Source of the DNA: Dehalococcoidia bacterium
Lineage (GTDB): Bacteria > Chloroflexota > Dehalococcoidia > Lucifugimonadales > Australimonadaceae
Assembly (NCBI GenBank): GCA_034422075.1
Contig: DAOUJX010000060.1
Span: 5,515-69,514 of the forward strand
DNA: 64,000 bases
Reading direction: 5' to 3'
Part shown: positions 1 to 9,786 of the stretch, in pieces
Position numbering within the stretch: position 1 is the first letter of the stretch
Layout of the letters: every line of letters starts with the position of its first letter
Translations under genes and position numbers: made by a program
Notes under the pieces: model-generated
Seen by the model: only the letters and a program-made list of their open reading frames with translations
The model's database searches: none
Told to the model about the DNA's origin: nothing

Positions 1-93
1 GCCATACGCTCCATCAGCGATAGGCCCGTGCAGCAGGAGACCGAGCCTGCGCCGCCCAATCCGCGCCTGCTGCGCTTACTCTAGCGGCTGCGC

Positions 94-729
94 TCAATCG
101 ACCCGGTACGTCCCCCACTCGAAACCGCCGTCCGTGGCGATCGCCGCCGCAGCCGCAACGGGGTGTTCAAAATCTGCGAACGCACCTCCCTCGACAGCGT
201 AGCGCGCTGCCTCGTGCGCCGAGGCTGCGTCGAACACTGACCTCTGTTCGGCGCGAACGTCGTTCGCCTCGTACGTCGCAAGGTAGTGCGCGGTGCCCGC
301 TTGAAGTTGCACCGCTGTTACCGCGAGCGCATCGTCGCGGACGATACCGAGCCAGGCCGTATCGCCCGCCCGTGGCAAGACTGCGGCGATGCGCGGCGTG
401 TTGAGCGCATCCTTTTCGTAGTCGAGCGTCTGCAATGCAAGGGCGAGCGCGTCGCGCGGCGCCATGCCGGACGCAATCTTCTCCGCGATGGGGTCGGTGT
501 GGCTGCCGTTGGTCGCGACGCACCAATCGCCGGCGGGGCGCATCGCGGCGTAGGCGATGTAGGGACTACGGCGCACGTCCGCCTCGGTCCCCTCGCGCGG
601 CACTATCGCGATCGCGCCGTTTGTCTCGACCGCCTCGCGGTTGGGAAAGGAGCGGCTAGAGACGCGGTAGAGCACGGCGTTGCGCCCCGCTCTCGTTCTC
701 CCTGCTGCGACGATGCGTCCGACGTACAC
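94..729 (-). CDS. purO: IMP cyclohydrolase, archaeal PurO-type
   Basis: Translation (M)YVGRIVAAGR...YRVSSRSFPNR...NGSHTDPIAEK...DYEKDALNTPRIAAV follows the PurO family pattern along its whole length. The GTG at 729 gives the family-typical MYVGRI N-terminus; the ORF track starts at a TTG at 741. Confidence 0.75.
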   Translation of the reverse strand: MYVGRIVAAGRTRAGRNAVLYRVSSRSFPNREAVETNGAIAIVPREGTEADVRRSPYIAYAAMRPAGDWCVATNGSHTDPIAEKIASGMAPRDALALALQTLDYEKDALNTPRIAAVLPRAGDTAWLGIVRDDALAVTAVQLQAGTAHYLATYEANDVRAEQRSVFDAASAHEAARYAVEGGAFADFEHPVAAAAAIATDGGFEWGTYRVD

Positions 730-733
730 GACG

Positions 734-1747
734 TCACGCAATGGCCAGTGACGGCGCTACGTCGAATGCGGCGTCGCTCGCGCCATCCTCAGTCAAACGA
801 AAGTAGCCTGCGGCGGCGATCATCGACCCGTTGTCGGTGCAGCGCTTGGGCGTGGGGATGAGAACGGGCGCATCGACGCGCTCCTTGCACGCCGCGCGCA
901 GCGGCCCGTTGGCGGAGACTCCGCCGCCCAGTATCAGCCCCCGCGCGCCGGTCCGCTCCACCGCAAGCGCCGCCTTGGCCGACACCACATCAACCACTGC
1001 CTCTTGGAAGGCGCGCGCCATCGTCGCAACCACCTCCGCGTCGTCCGGTGGCTCCAAGTGTATCCCTGCGTCCTGTGCGCGATGGAGCAGCGCCGTCTTG
1101 AGGCCGGAGAAGCTGAAGTCGAGCGCACCGTTGAGCCACGCGCGGGGCAACGGCGCGGACGCGGGTGCATCGACCGCCGCCGCCTGTATCGCGGGGCCCC
1201 CTGGGAAGCCCAACCCCAGGATGCGCGCCGCCTTGTCGAACGCCTCCCCTGAGGCGTCGTCGAGCGTCTGGCCGAGCAGCGTGTAGTCGCCGTGGCCGCG
1301 CATCAGGTAGAGGTGGGTGTGCGCCCCCGACGCGATCAAGGCCACAAGCGGAAAGCCTGGCTCCTCGGCCGGGTCGTCGAAGTCGAGCCAGGCGGCGTAG
1401 ATGTGCCCTTCGATGTGGTGCACGCCCGTGAGCGGCAGCCCGCGTGCCAGCGCGATGGCCTTGGCCGTGTTGACGCCGACCATCAGCGAGCCCGCAAGCC
1501 CCGGCCCGCGCGTCACCGCAACGGCGTCGATGCCGTCCAGCGTCGCATCCGCATCCGCCAGCGCTTGCTCGATGACGGGGATGATCTGGAGCAGGTGCTG
1601 GCGCGAGGCTACCTCGGGCACGATTCCGCCGTAGCGTGCGTGCACCTCGATCTGCGAGGCGACGACGTCGGAGAGGACGCGGCGCCCGTCTTCCACGACC
1701 GCCGCCGCCGTCTCATCGCACGACGTCTCGATGCCAAGGATGCGCAT
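734..1747 (-). CDS. tsaD: tRNA N6-adenosine threonylcarbamoyltransferase TsaD
   Basis: N-terminus MRILGIETSCDETAAAVV, metal-site motif VHHIEGH, and full-length Kae1/TsaD pattern. Confidence 0.95.
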   Translation of the reverse strand: MRILGIETSCDETAAAVVEDGRRVLSDVVASQIEVHARYGGIVPEVASRQHLLQIIPVIEQALADADATLDGIDAVAVTRGPGLAGSLMVGVNTAKAIALARGLPLTGVHHIEGHIYAAWLDFDDPAEEPGFPLVALIASGAHTHLYLMRGHGDYTLLGQTLDDASGEAFDKAARILGLGFPGGPAIQAAAVDAPASAPLPRAWLNGALDFSFSGLKTALLHRAQDAGIHLEPPDDAEVVATMARAFQEAVVDVVSAKAALAVERTGARGLILGGGVSANGPLRAACKERVDAPVLIPTPKRCTDNGSMIAAAGYFRLTEDGASDAAFDVAPSLAIA

Positions 1748-1868
1748 AGCAAGCTAATGGTAACACCGGGCCAATCGCCCTCACCGTCAAACCTTCGCGC
1801 GGGTCAGGCCGGGTCCCGGCCTAGCGGGAGTTCGGGGGCGTCCGCCCCTCGACAGCCCCTTCTTCCTT

Positions 1869-1889
1869 GTCATTTCCGGGAATGAAGAG
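1869..1889. repeat. REP-like hairpin, short variant (GTCATTTCCGGGAATGAAGAG)
   Basis: Intergenic palindrome TTCCGGGAA with a GAATGA-GAAG tail resembling the copies at 2211, 17689 and 36146. Confidence 0.35.
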
Positions 1890-2210
1890 AGGGTGCACAA
1901 AGGTGCGAGGGTGCCGTCGCACACCCCTTCCTTCCGCCCACTGCATGATGACGCCTCGTGCCCCTACGCTGTCACTGCGCGCCGCTGCGAGGCCAAACGC
2001 CCCTCTCCGTACCAAGTATGGATCAGGCGCCTGCTGCCGGCGAATTGGGACCATACGGGACACTTTCGAATGGTCTCCCTCATCGCCCAAGCGTAAATTG
2101 GCGTCGCTCACGCCCCAATGGCCGTGTTCCAAACACCTCGCTCGCCTCTGCCCCAGTAGCGGTTAGGAGTGGCGCGTTCCTCCGCCAGCGCACCCGTTAG
2201 CAATTGGTGC

Positions 2211-2245
2211 GTCAGATTCCTGCCTTCGCAGGAATGGCGAAGATG
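2211..2245. repeat. REP-like hairpin family copy (ATTCCTGC-CTTC-GCAGGAAT + GGCGAAG)
   Basis: Perfect 8-bp stem read directly. The tail GGAATGGCGAAG is shared with the copies at 17689 and 36146. Intergenic. Confidence 0.5.
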
Positions 2246-2306
2246 GCCGCGTGCTAATATCGCCGGACGGTATGGTGCGGCGCGACTTGGGCGCGAAGAG
2301 TGAACG

Positions 2307-3578
2307 ATGTCCGATGACGTTGGTCTTGTTAGCTACATCCTCGTAGGCGTGTTCGTCGTGCTTTCCGCCTTCTTCTCCGGCTCGGAGGCGGCCCTGCTGT
2401 CGGTGCAGCGCGTGCGGATTCAGGCGATGTTGGAGCACCGAGCGCCCGGCGCCCGGCGCGTAGCACGCCTCATCGAGCGGCCCGAGCGGCTGCTGCCGCC
2501 GATCTTGCTCGGCAACAACCTGGTCAACACCGCCGCCGCCGCCATCGCAACCACCATCGCCATCGCGCTCATCGACGATGAGAACACCGCAGTGCTGGTT
2601 GCCACCGTTGCCGTCACCGCCATCCTGCTGATCTTCGGCGAGACGATTCCCAAGACGGTCGGCGCACGCGCGCCGGAGCGCGCTTCCATCATCGTCGCCA
2701 TCCCTATCCAGGCAATCAGCTTCGTCCTGAAGCCCATCTCCGTCCTGCTCCAGTACGTCGGCACGCTCGTGGCGTCCGCCATCGGCGGTGAGCGCGCAGC
2801 CGTCACGGAGGCCGAAATCAAGGCGATGGTGAGCCTTGGCAGGCAGGAGGGCGAATTGGAGCATGGGGAAGCGGAGATGATCCACCGCGTGTTCGAGTTC
2901 GGCGACCGACGCGTGCGCGAGGTGATGACGCCGCGCCCTGAAATCGTCTGGGTCAACAACGACGCGACCGTCTCCGACTTCCTGCGTCTCTATGGCGAGC
3001 ACTCCCACACGCGCTTCCCCGTGCGCGATACGTCCAACGGCGACGTGCTCGGCCTGCTGTCGGTCAAAGACGTCGTACGGAGTATGGCGGCAGGGGCCGC
3101 GCTCGACGACCGCGCCGTCGGCGAGTTGCGGCAAGTCCACTTCGTGCCCGAGACCAAGCAGGTGCGCGACCTGCTCGGCGAGATGCAAGAGGCGCGCTAC
3201 CAGCTCGCGATGGTTGCCGACGAATTTGGCGACATTGCCGGCCTCGTCACGCTCAAGCGCCTCACCGAGGGCATCGTCGGCCCGACGACGGGAGATGACG
3301 AGCAGGCAGCCACGCAGGAAGTGATCGCCGTCATGGATGACACCTTCGAAATCGACGGCGGATTCGCCGTATCGGAGGCCAACGACCGGCTCGGCCTGCA
3401 ACTGCCCGAGGGTAACTACGAGACCATCGCGGGACTAGTGCTGGACTTGCTCGGCAGAGTGCCCAGGGAGGGCGATCAGGCAATCGTCGACGGCCACGCC
3501 CTGCAAGTCGTCGAGATGCGGGGCGTGCGCATCGCACGCGTCACCGTACGCCGCCCGCCACCCACGTCTGCGGAGTAG
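2307..3578 (+). CDS. CNNM/CorC-type membrane protein (DUF21 + CBS pair + CorC_HlyC; hemolysin-like)
   Basis: Hydrophobic N-terminal DUF21-like region. Typical GETIPK, REVMTPR and FPV motifs, followed by a CBS pair and a C-terminal transporter-associated domain. Confidence 0.9.
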   Translation: MSDDVGLVSYILVGVFVVLSAFFSGSEAALLSVQRVRIQAMLEHRAPGARRVARLIERPERLLPPILLGNNLVNTAAAAIATTIAIALIDDENTAVLVATVAVTAILLIFGETIPKTVGARAPERASIIVAIPIQAISFVLKPISVLLQYVGTLVASAIGGERAAVTEAEIKAMVSLGRQEGELEHGEAEMIHRVFEFGDRRVREVMTPRPEIVWVNNDATVSDFLRLYGEHSHTRFPVRDTSNGDVLGLLSVKDVVRSMAAGAALDDRAVGELRQVHFVPETKQVRDLLGEMQEARYQLAMVADEFGDIAGLVTLKRLTEGIVGPTTGDDEQAATQEVIAVMDDTFEIDGGFAVSEANDRLGLQLPEGNYETIAGLVLDLLGRVPREGDQAIVDGHALQVVEMRGVRIARVTVRRPPPTSAE

Positions 3579-3582
3579 CGCC

Positions 3583-5046
3583 GTGTCCCGCGACGACGCG
3601 CTGCGTCTCATCGTCGAGGCCGTCGGGTCCGCATTGCGCGCCTCCGGCAGCGGCTGGGAAGTAGGACGCCCGCTTGTCGTTGCCGTGTCGGGCGGAGCGG
3701 ACTCGGCGGCCCTGCTCCTCGGCGCAGCCGCGCTGCCCGACGACACTCGCCCCCCGCTGATTGCCGCGCACTTTCAGCACGGCCTCCGCAAACGCGCGCA
3801 GGCGCCAGAACGGCGCAAGGTCGAGGCGCTGGCCGCGCAGGCAGACGCGGGGTTTGAGGCGGGCATAGGCGACACCCGCGCCCACGCCGAGGCGAGCGGG
3901 CTTTCGCTGGAGGCGGCGGCGCGCGAGCTGCGCTACCGCTTCCTTGCCGAGGTTGCCGCGCGCCACGACGCCTTTGGCGTGGGCGTCGCCCACACGCGCG
4001 ACGACCAGGCGGAGACCGTGCTGCTGCGCCTTGCGCGGGGCGCAGGGCTGCGCGGCGCGAGCGCCATGGAGCAGATCTCAACGCGCCGCATCGAAGGACG
4101 ATCCTTGCGCTTGCTGCGTCCGCTGCTCGACCTCTCGCGCACCGATACTGTGCGGGCCTGCGCCGCTGCCGGATACGCACCCATCGCCGACCCCACGAAC
4201 CGCACAGTGGAGAACGCGCGCGGGCGGCTGCGGCTCGAAGTGCTGCCGGGGCTGAGCGCCATCAACCCTCGCGCCACCGCAGCGCTCGCTTCATTCGCGC
4301 AAAAGGCGGCCGAGGACGACGCGTTGCTTGAGCGCCTCTCTGCCGATGCCGTACGGGGCGCCGAGCGCCGCTCGCCGGGGCGCGTGTCGTGGGATACGGC
4401 GGTGCTCGCAGGCCTTGCGCCGCCGCTCTTTGCGCGCGTGCTGCAAGCGGCGTGGCGCTACCTTATTGCAGAAGGCGCGGCGCTGTCGGCGCGGCAGCTC
4501 GCGTCGGCGAAGGCGCTGCTTGCGGAGGGTGGCTCAATCGACCTTCGGCGAGGCGCACGGTTCGTCGTCGAGCAGCGCCGCTGCGCCATCGAGACGAACA
4601 CACCCGAAGGCGAATCGCTACCGGCCGAGCCCGTGCTGCTCGCCGTCCCCGGCAGCGTGCGCGCCGGCCGCTGGGTGCTCGACTCGAGTATCGGACTCCG
4701 CGCCAGCGTTCCAGAGTCACGCTGGCAAGTGGCAGTCGACGGCGAACGGCTGACAGGGCCGTTGCTTGTGCGACGCCGCGCCGGCGGTGATCGGATGCAG
4801 CCCTCGGGCTTCGATACGCCAGTGCGGGTGCAGGACATCCTGGTGAACGCCAGGGCGCCGAGGCGGCTCCGCGATGCGCTGCCCGTCGTCGAATCGCGCG
4901 AGGGCATCGCGTGGCTGTGCGGTGTGCGCGTGGCCGAGTGGGCGCGCGTGCGTGCGTCGACCAAGCGCATCATCACGCTCACCGCGCGCCGTGTTGACTG
5001 GCCGAACTACGGCAGGCCGGAGCCCGGCAGCGCCGACGATTGGTAG
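3583..5046 (+). CDS. tilS: tRNA(Ile)-lysidine synthase
   Basis: PP-loop VAVSGGADSAALL, HTRDDQAETVLLRLARG motif, and a C-terminal TilS domain. GTG start. Confidence 0.9.
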   Translation: MSRDDALRLIVEAVGSALRASGSGWEVGRPLVVAVSGGADSAALLLGAAALPDDTRPPLIAAHFQHGLRKRAQAPERRKVEALAAQADAGFEAGIGDTRAHAEASGLSLEAAARELRYRFLAEVAARHDAFGVGVAHTRDDQAETVLLRLARGAGLRGASAMEQISTRRIEGRSLRLLRPLLDLSRTDTVRACAAAGYAPIADPTNRTVENARGRLRLEVLPGLSAINPRATAALASFAQKAAEDDALLERLSADAVRGAERRSPGRVSWDTAVLAGLAPPLFARVLQAAWRYLIAEGAALSARQLASAKALLAEGGSIDLRRGARFVVEQRRCAIETNTPEGESLPAEPVLLAVPGSVRAGRWVLDSSIGLRASVPESRWQVAVDGERLTGPLLVRRRAGGDRMQPSGFDTPVRVQDILVNARAPRRLRDALPVVESREGIAWLCGVRVAEWARVRASTKRIITLTARRVDWPNYGRPEPGSADDW

Positions 5047-5083
5047 GTGGAAAGGGTACCAGCGGGTGGTATCATGGCGCGCA

Positions 5084-5590
5084 ATGGCCTCCACTATGCG
5101 GCGCGCTATAGAGGTGCAGGTCTTCCCCCGCTTTCGGGCGCAGGCGCAGCCTCGGTGGGTGCGCTCCGTCGCGGAGGCGGCGCTCGATACAGCCGACCCC
5201 GGCGGTAGTAGCGCGCTGTCGATCGTCATCGCCGACGACGAAACGGTGCGCGACCTCAACAACCGATTCCGAGGCGTCGACGAGGTGACGGACGTGCTAG
5301 CGTTCGGGGCGACGAGCGAGAACGCGCCAACACCGTCAGACGCCGCGTTTCCGCCTCTCCCCGGCGAGGAGTCGCTCGGCGAGGTGGTCGTCTCACAGCC
5401 GCAGGCGGCACGACAGGCGCCCGCCAACGGCGCCACCGTCGAACGGGAGACGGCACTGCTCATCGTTCACGGCGTCCTGCACCTGCTCGGCCACGAGCAC
5501 GCAGAGCCGGAGGGAGCTGCTGCGATGCGGCGTCTCGAGGAGCAGGCGCTCGGCGCCATCTCCAGCCAGAGGACGGAGGCGCGCACATGA
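5084..5590 (+). CDS. ybeY: rRNA maturation endoribonuclease YbeY
   Basis: Zinc motif HGVLHLLGHEH. Start taken at the internal ATG at 5084, because the longer ORF overlaps tilS. Confidence 0.9.
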   Translation: MASTMRRAIEVQVFPRFRAQAQPRWVRSVAEAALDTADPGGSSALSIVIADDETVRDLNNRFRGVDEVTDVLAFGATSENAPTPSDAAFPPLPGEESLGEVVVSQPQAARQAPANGATVERETALLIVHGVLHLLGHEHAEPEGAAAMRRLEEQALGAISSQRTEART

Positions 5591-7260
5591 CGACCTCCCA
5601 GGTGCTCTACCGCAAGTGGCGTCCGCCGCGCTTCAGCGACATCGTGGGGCAGGAGGCGGTGACGCAGACGCTGTGCCAGGCCATCAAGTCCGGCCGGATC
5701 GCGCACGCCTACCTCTTCTGCGGCCCGCGAGGCACGGGCAAGACCAGCACCGCACGCGTCGTCGCCAAGGCGCTCAACTGCACGGGGCGGGCCGAGGGAG
5801 AGTGCGACCCCGACGGCACGTGCGAGAACTGCCGCGCCGTCGATGAGGGGAACTTCGTCGATCTCATCGAGTTGGACGGCGCATCCAGCGGCGGAATCGA
5901 CCAGATACGCGACCTGATCGACCGCACGCGCTTTGCGCCGACGCTCGGGCGCTACAAGGTCTACATCATCGACGAAACGCACCGCATGACGGGCAACGCC
6001 GCCGATGCCTTCCTCAAGACGCTGGAAGAGCCGCCGCCCAACACCGTCTTCATCCTTGCAACGACCGAACCGCACCGGCTGCCGACGACCATCGTCTCGC
6101 GCTGCCAGCGCTTCGACTTTCGCCGCATCTCCACAGCTGACGTGGCACAGCAGCTGGTCCAAATCTCCGAGAGCGAAGGCGTGGATGCCGAGGCAGAGGT
6201 GATGCACACGCTCGCTCGCGCCGCCGGAGGCAGCCTGCGCGACGCCACCAACATGCTCGATCAGCTCATCACCTCCTACGGCGTCCACCTAGGCGTCGAG
6301 CAGGTGCGGGAGATGCTGGGGCTGACGGGCGAGGAGCGGGCGATAGCGTTCGTGAAGCACCTGCTCGGCGGCAACACCAACCAAGCGCTCGAAGTGCTCA
6401 ACATGGCCGCGGCCGAGGGACTGGACCTGCGCCCGCTGCACCGCATCAGCGTTGACTTGCTGCGCGCAGCGCTGCTGCTCAAGACGGGCGTGCGCGACGG
6501 CATCGAGCTGTCGAAGGAGGCGCATGCAGAGATCGGTGGCCTCGCCGCCCGCGTACCCCTTGAGCACATCATGCGCGCGCTACGGCTATTCGGCGCGGTC
6601 GACCTGCGGCGCGACCAGCCCTCGCCGCTGCCTCTCGAACTGGCGACGGTGGAGCTGAGCATCGAGCCGGCACCGCATACCGCACATACGCACGGAGCCG
6701 CTCCGTCATCCGAGCGTTCCACGCCGCCCTCAACCCGTGCCGCTGCGCCGCCGCAAGCGGCAACGGCGGGCGGCGGCTCGCCACTGCCGGTTGCCCCCAC
6801 GAGCAGACCTACGCCTGCGCCCCCGCGTCCACAGGCACCCGATAACGGCGCGGCGTCAACGCCAAGCCCGGATGCGCCGCAGAGCACGGAACTTGCTGTG
6901 CAGTGGCCTCACATCCTCAAGTCGCTCAGCCGCGTGCCGCGCAAGCGTTACGACGTTGGCGCGCTGCTGCGATCGTCCCGCGACCACTACATCGACGGCT
7001 CCTCGTTGGTCATCCGCTTCCCCCATCAGTCGAACAGCGAGCGGCTACAAGAAGAGTTGGACGACCCGCAGTGCCGCCTGGCCGTCGAGAAGGTGTTGAG
7101 CGACGCACTCGGCGGCGAGTACACGTTGCGCGTCGAGACGCTGGCGCAGGGCGGCCAATCAGCGCAAGCCGAGCCGCAGCAGGGCGGGCACCTCGTGCGC
7201 GCCGCTATGAGCCTCGGAGGCCAGGTCGTCGAGGACGAGCCGGACGCCGAACAACCGTAG
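5587..7260 (+). CDS. dnaX: DNA polymerase III subunit gamma/tau
   Basis: Walker A GPRGTGKTS, zinc module CxxC, IIDETHRM box, SRCQRF sensor, and a Pro/Ala-rich linker. Confidence 0.95.
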   Translation: MTTSQVLYRKWRPPRFSDIVGQEAVTQTLCQAIKSGRIAHAYLFCGPRGTGKTSTARVVAKALNCTGRAEGECDPDGTCENCRAVDEGNFVDLIELDGASSGGIDQIRDLIDRTRFAPTLGRYKVYIIDETHRMTGNAADAFLKTLEEPPPNTVFILATTEPHRLPTTIVSRCQRFDFRRISTADVAQQLVQISESEGVDAEAEVMHTLARAAGGSLRDATNMLDQLITSYGVHLGVEQVREMLGLTGEERAIAFVKHLLGGNTNQALEVLNMAAAEGLDLRPLHRISVDLLRAALLLKTGVRDGIELSKEAHAEIGGLAARVPLEHIMRALRLFGAVDLRRDQPSPLPLELATVELSIEPAPHTAHTHGAAPSSERSTPPSTRAAAPPQAATAGGGSPLPVAPTSRPTPAPPRPQAPDNGAASTPSPDAPQSTELAVQWPHILKSLSRVPRKRYDVGALLRSSRDHYIDGSSLVIRFPHQSNSERLQEELDDPQCRLAVEKVLSDALGGEYTLRVETLAQGGQSAQAEPQQGGHLVRAAMSLGGQVVEDEPDAEQP

Positions 7261-7299
7261 GGCAACAAACGATACACCGGTGACCAAGGAGGCGGGCGT

Positions 7300-7632
7300 A
7301 TGAAGTGGAAGCCGCCGGGCGGCCAATCCAGCAAGAACCTGCTCAGGCAGGCACAGAAACTGCAAGAGGCGCTCGCCAAGGCCCAAGACGAGCTGGACGA
7401 GGCGACGGTCGAGGCGTCGGCGGGAGGGGGCGCGGTCAGGGCCGTCGCCACCGGCAAGCAGACGCTCAAGTCGATCGTCATCGATCCCGATGCGGTCGAT
7501 CCCGCCGACGTAGAGATGCTGCAGGACCTCGTGCTGGCCGCCGCGAACGAGGCGCTGGAGAAGTCGCGGACGATGGCAAACGAGCGATTGGGCGCACTCA
7601 CCGGCGGCCTGAATATCCCCGGCCTGACGTAG
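7300..7632 (+). CDS. ybaB: Nucleoid-associated protein YbaB/EbfC
   Basis: 110 aa with a family-typical pattern (QKLQEAL...GGGAV...IDP...DxEMLQDLV). Sits in the conserved dnaX-ybaB-recR order. Confidence 0.9.
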   Translation: MKWKPPGGQSSKNLLRQAQKLQEALAKAQDELDEATVEASAGGGAVRAVATGKQTLKSIVIDPDAVDPADVEMLQDLVLAAANEALEKSRTMANERLGALTGGLNIPGLT

Positions 7633-7638
7633 GGTGCA

Positions 7639-8259
7639 ATGACGCAGGAGCATCCCTCGCTCGCAGCACCGGTTGCGCGCCTCATCGAGCAGTTTCACAA
7701 GTTGCCGGGCATCGGCCCCAAGTCGGCGCAGCGGCTCGCCTACTACCTCATCCGGATGCCACCAGAGGAGGCGCAGGCGCTTGCGCAGGCCATCGCGTCC
7801 GTCAAGGAGCGCACCACCTTCTGCTCGGAGTGCCAGAACATCACGGAGAGCGACCCATGCACGACGTGCGCCGACCCAGGGCGTGACCGAACGCGCATCT
7901 GCGTGGTGCAAGAGCCGCTGGACGTGCTTGCGATGGAGCGCACGGGCGCCTACCGCGGCCTCTACCACGTACTTCACGGCGTCCTAGACCCCATGTCGCA
8001 CATTACGCCCGATGACCTGCGCATCCGCGAACTGCTGCCGCGCTTGACCAACGGCGAAGTGCAAGAGGTCATCCTCGCCACCAATCCGAACGTGGAGGGG
8101 GAGGCAACGTCCATGTACGTGCAGCAGCTCATCGCGCCCCTGGTGCCGGAGGTGAGCCGTCTAGCGCGCGGGCTGCCCGTCGGCGCAGACCTCGAATATG
8201 CCGACGACCTCACGCTGGCTCGCGCGTTCGAGGGCAGGCAGCGGATGGGGAGTCCCTAG
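7639..8259 (+). CDS. recR: Recombination protein RecR
   Basis: HhH N-terminus (LPGIGPKSAQRLA), C4 zinc finger (CSECQN..CTTC), and a Toprim domain. Confidence 0.95.
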   Translation: MTQEHPSLAAPVARLIEQFHKLPGIGPKSAQRLAYYLIRMPPEEAQALAQAIASVKERTTFCSECQNITESDPCTTCADPGRDRTRICVVQEPLDVLAMERTGAYRGLYHVLHGVLDPMSHITPDDLRIRELLPRLTNGEVQEVILATNPNVEGEATSMYVQQLIAPLVPEVSRLARGLPVGADLEYADDLTLARAFEGRQRMGSP

Positions 8260-8279
8260 CAGCCGCGCGGCGGGGCGGC

Positions 8280-9590
8280 TTACGCTACCTCTAGGGCGGT
8301 GGTAATGGCGCGTTGGAGAGCGGAGTCAGTGTGAAGGCGCTCGGAGACCTTGCGGACCGAGTAGAGCACGGTCGCACGGTCGCGGCCACCGAAGAGACGC
8401 CCTATCGCAGCCGGCGAGAGCTTGAGGCGGTCGGCCAGCAGGTACATCGCCACCTGGCGCGCCGTCGAACTGGCGCGGTCGCGGCGCGCCCCGGCCAATT
8501 CCGAGGGCATCAGCCCGTAGTGCTTCGAGACGGCATCGATGATGGCCTCGGGGGTAGAGGGCGGTGACGGACGCGTTTCGCGCTCCATCACGCTCTCGAC
8601 CAGCGCCGCATCGAGCGGAGCGTTGGCGAGCTGCGCGTGGGCTGCTATGCGGTTGAACGCGCCTTCCAACTGGCGCACGTTGCGCACGGGGTGTTTGGCG
8701 AGGACGTCCAACACGTCGTCAGGGACATCAAGGCCGCGGCGGGCGGCGCACCGCGCAAGGATGCCGCGCCGCGTCTCCTCCGTCGGCTTGGTGATGTCCA
8801 CCTGCAACCCCCACTCAAGGCGCGAGCGCAGCCGCTCATCAAACAGCGGCAGACGGGTGGGGTCCTGGTCCGCGGTGACGACGATCTGGCGTCCTCGCTC
8901 GTGCAGGACGTTGAAGATATGGAAGAAGGTCTCCTGCGTGCTCGACTTGCCACCGAGAAACTGGATGTCATCGACCAAGAGCAGGTCCGCCCCGCGGTAG
9001 CGCTGGTTGAATTCCGCCACGCGCCGCTCGCGTATTGCCGACGTGTAGTCGTTGGTGAACTCTTCACTGGTGACGCACAAGGGCGAGCGTCCGGCGGCCT
9101 GCGCACCGTGCATGATGGCGCGCAACAGGTGCGTCTTGCCCAGCCCCGACGTCCCGTAGATGACGAGCGGGTTGTATGAGCCCCGCGCGTTATCGGCGAT
9201 GGCGCTTGCCGCTGCGAATGCGAGATGGTTGGACGGGCCGACAACAAATGAGTCGAAGGTGTAGCGCGCGTCGGGAAGCGGCGCAGCGGGTTCATCATCG
9301 TCTGGAGACGCGCCAGCGGCACCGGAAGAAGAGGGTGGACGGAAAGTGATCTCGTAGGGCGTGCGTGAGACGGCGACGACGGCGGCGCGGACTTGGCCGA
9401 GGAGCCGCTCACGCAGCCATTCGGCGGCCAAGGACGACGGCGTGCCGACGACGAGGGAGCCGTCCTCGATGGCGATGCCGGTGGTGCCCGACAGTAGCGT
9501 GTCGAACATGGGGCGCGGCACCTGGAGTTGGAGGCGGCCAAGCGCGGCCTCCCAGACCCGTGCAGCACGGCTGACTGTAGCGCTGGACAT
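8280..9590 (-). CDS. dnaA: Chromosomal replication initiator DnaA
   Basis: DnaA N-terminal pattern (VWEAALGRLQ...), Walker A GTSGLGKTHLL, box VII, and a C-terminal DNA-binding domain (GGRDRATVLYSVRKV). Internal ATG at 9590 chosen as the start. Confidence 0.9.
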   Translation of the reverse strand: MSSATVSRAARVWEAALGRLQLQVPRPMFDTLLSGTTGIAIEDGSLVVGTPSSLAAEWLRERLLGQVRAAVVAVSRTPYEITFRPPSSSGAAGASPDDDEPAAPLPDARYTFDSFVVGPSNHLAFAAASAIADNARGSYNPLVIYGTSGLGKTHLLRAIMHGAQAAGRSPLCVTSEEFTNDYTSAIRERRVAEFNQRYRGADLLLVDDIQFLGGKSSTQETFFHIFNVLHERGRQIVVTADQDPTRLPLFDERLRSRLEWGLQVDITKPTEETRRGILARCAARRGLDVPDDVLDVLAKHPVRNVRQLEGAFNRIAAHAQLANAPLDAALVESVMERETRPSPPSTPEAIIDAVSKHYGLMPSELAGARRDRASSTARQVAMYLLADRLKLSPAAIGRLFGGRDRATVLYSVRKVSERLHTDSALQRAITTALEVA

Positions 9591-9740
9591 CGAGCGCGGC
9601 TCCGAGCAGGTTAGTGAACAGGCCGCAGGCGGACCGGTGGGCGCCTCCCCAAACCACCGAATACGGCCATGGCACGGAACGCTACCATGCCCCAAGCGTC
9701 GCGGCGCAAGAGGGAAATTGCGGGATTTCGGGAGGGGATT

Positions 9741-9748
9741 CCCCCCCC
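9741..9748. repeat. C8 homopolymer inside the hairpin GGAGGGG-ATT-CCCCCCCCTCC
   Basis: Read directly. Lies in the intergenic region upstream of dnaA. Confidence 0.9.
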
Positions 9749-9786
9749 TCCGTACTCGGAGAGGAGCGCGGGGTCAGACAGGAGCC

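Noticed and set aside
1-93. Possible 3' end of a gene running off the left edge, and the 66-aa ORF at 81-281.
   Set aside because: The region is too short to assign. The 81-281 ORF is an Arg-rich overlap of purO on the same strand in another frame.
1748-2306. 560-bp gap between tsaD and the CNNM gene, inspected for an ncRNA (6S, SRP, RNase P, tmRNA, riboswitch).
   Set aside because: No recognisable conserved motifs were found. Only two REP-like hairpins and a low-quality 103-aa ORF are present, so nothing can be assigned without a covariance-model search.
9591-9786. Possible oriC next to dnaA.
   Set aside because: No DnaA-box cluster and no AT-rich unwinding element are visible, and the spacer is GC-rich. 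It was kept only as a negative observation.
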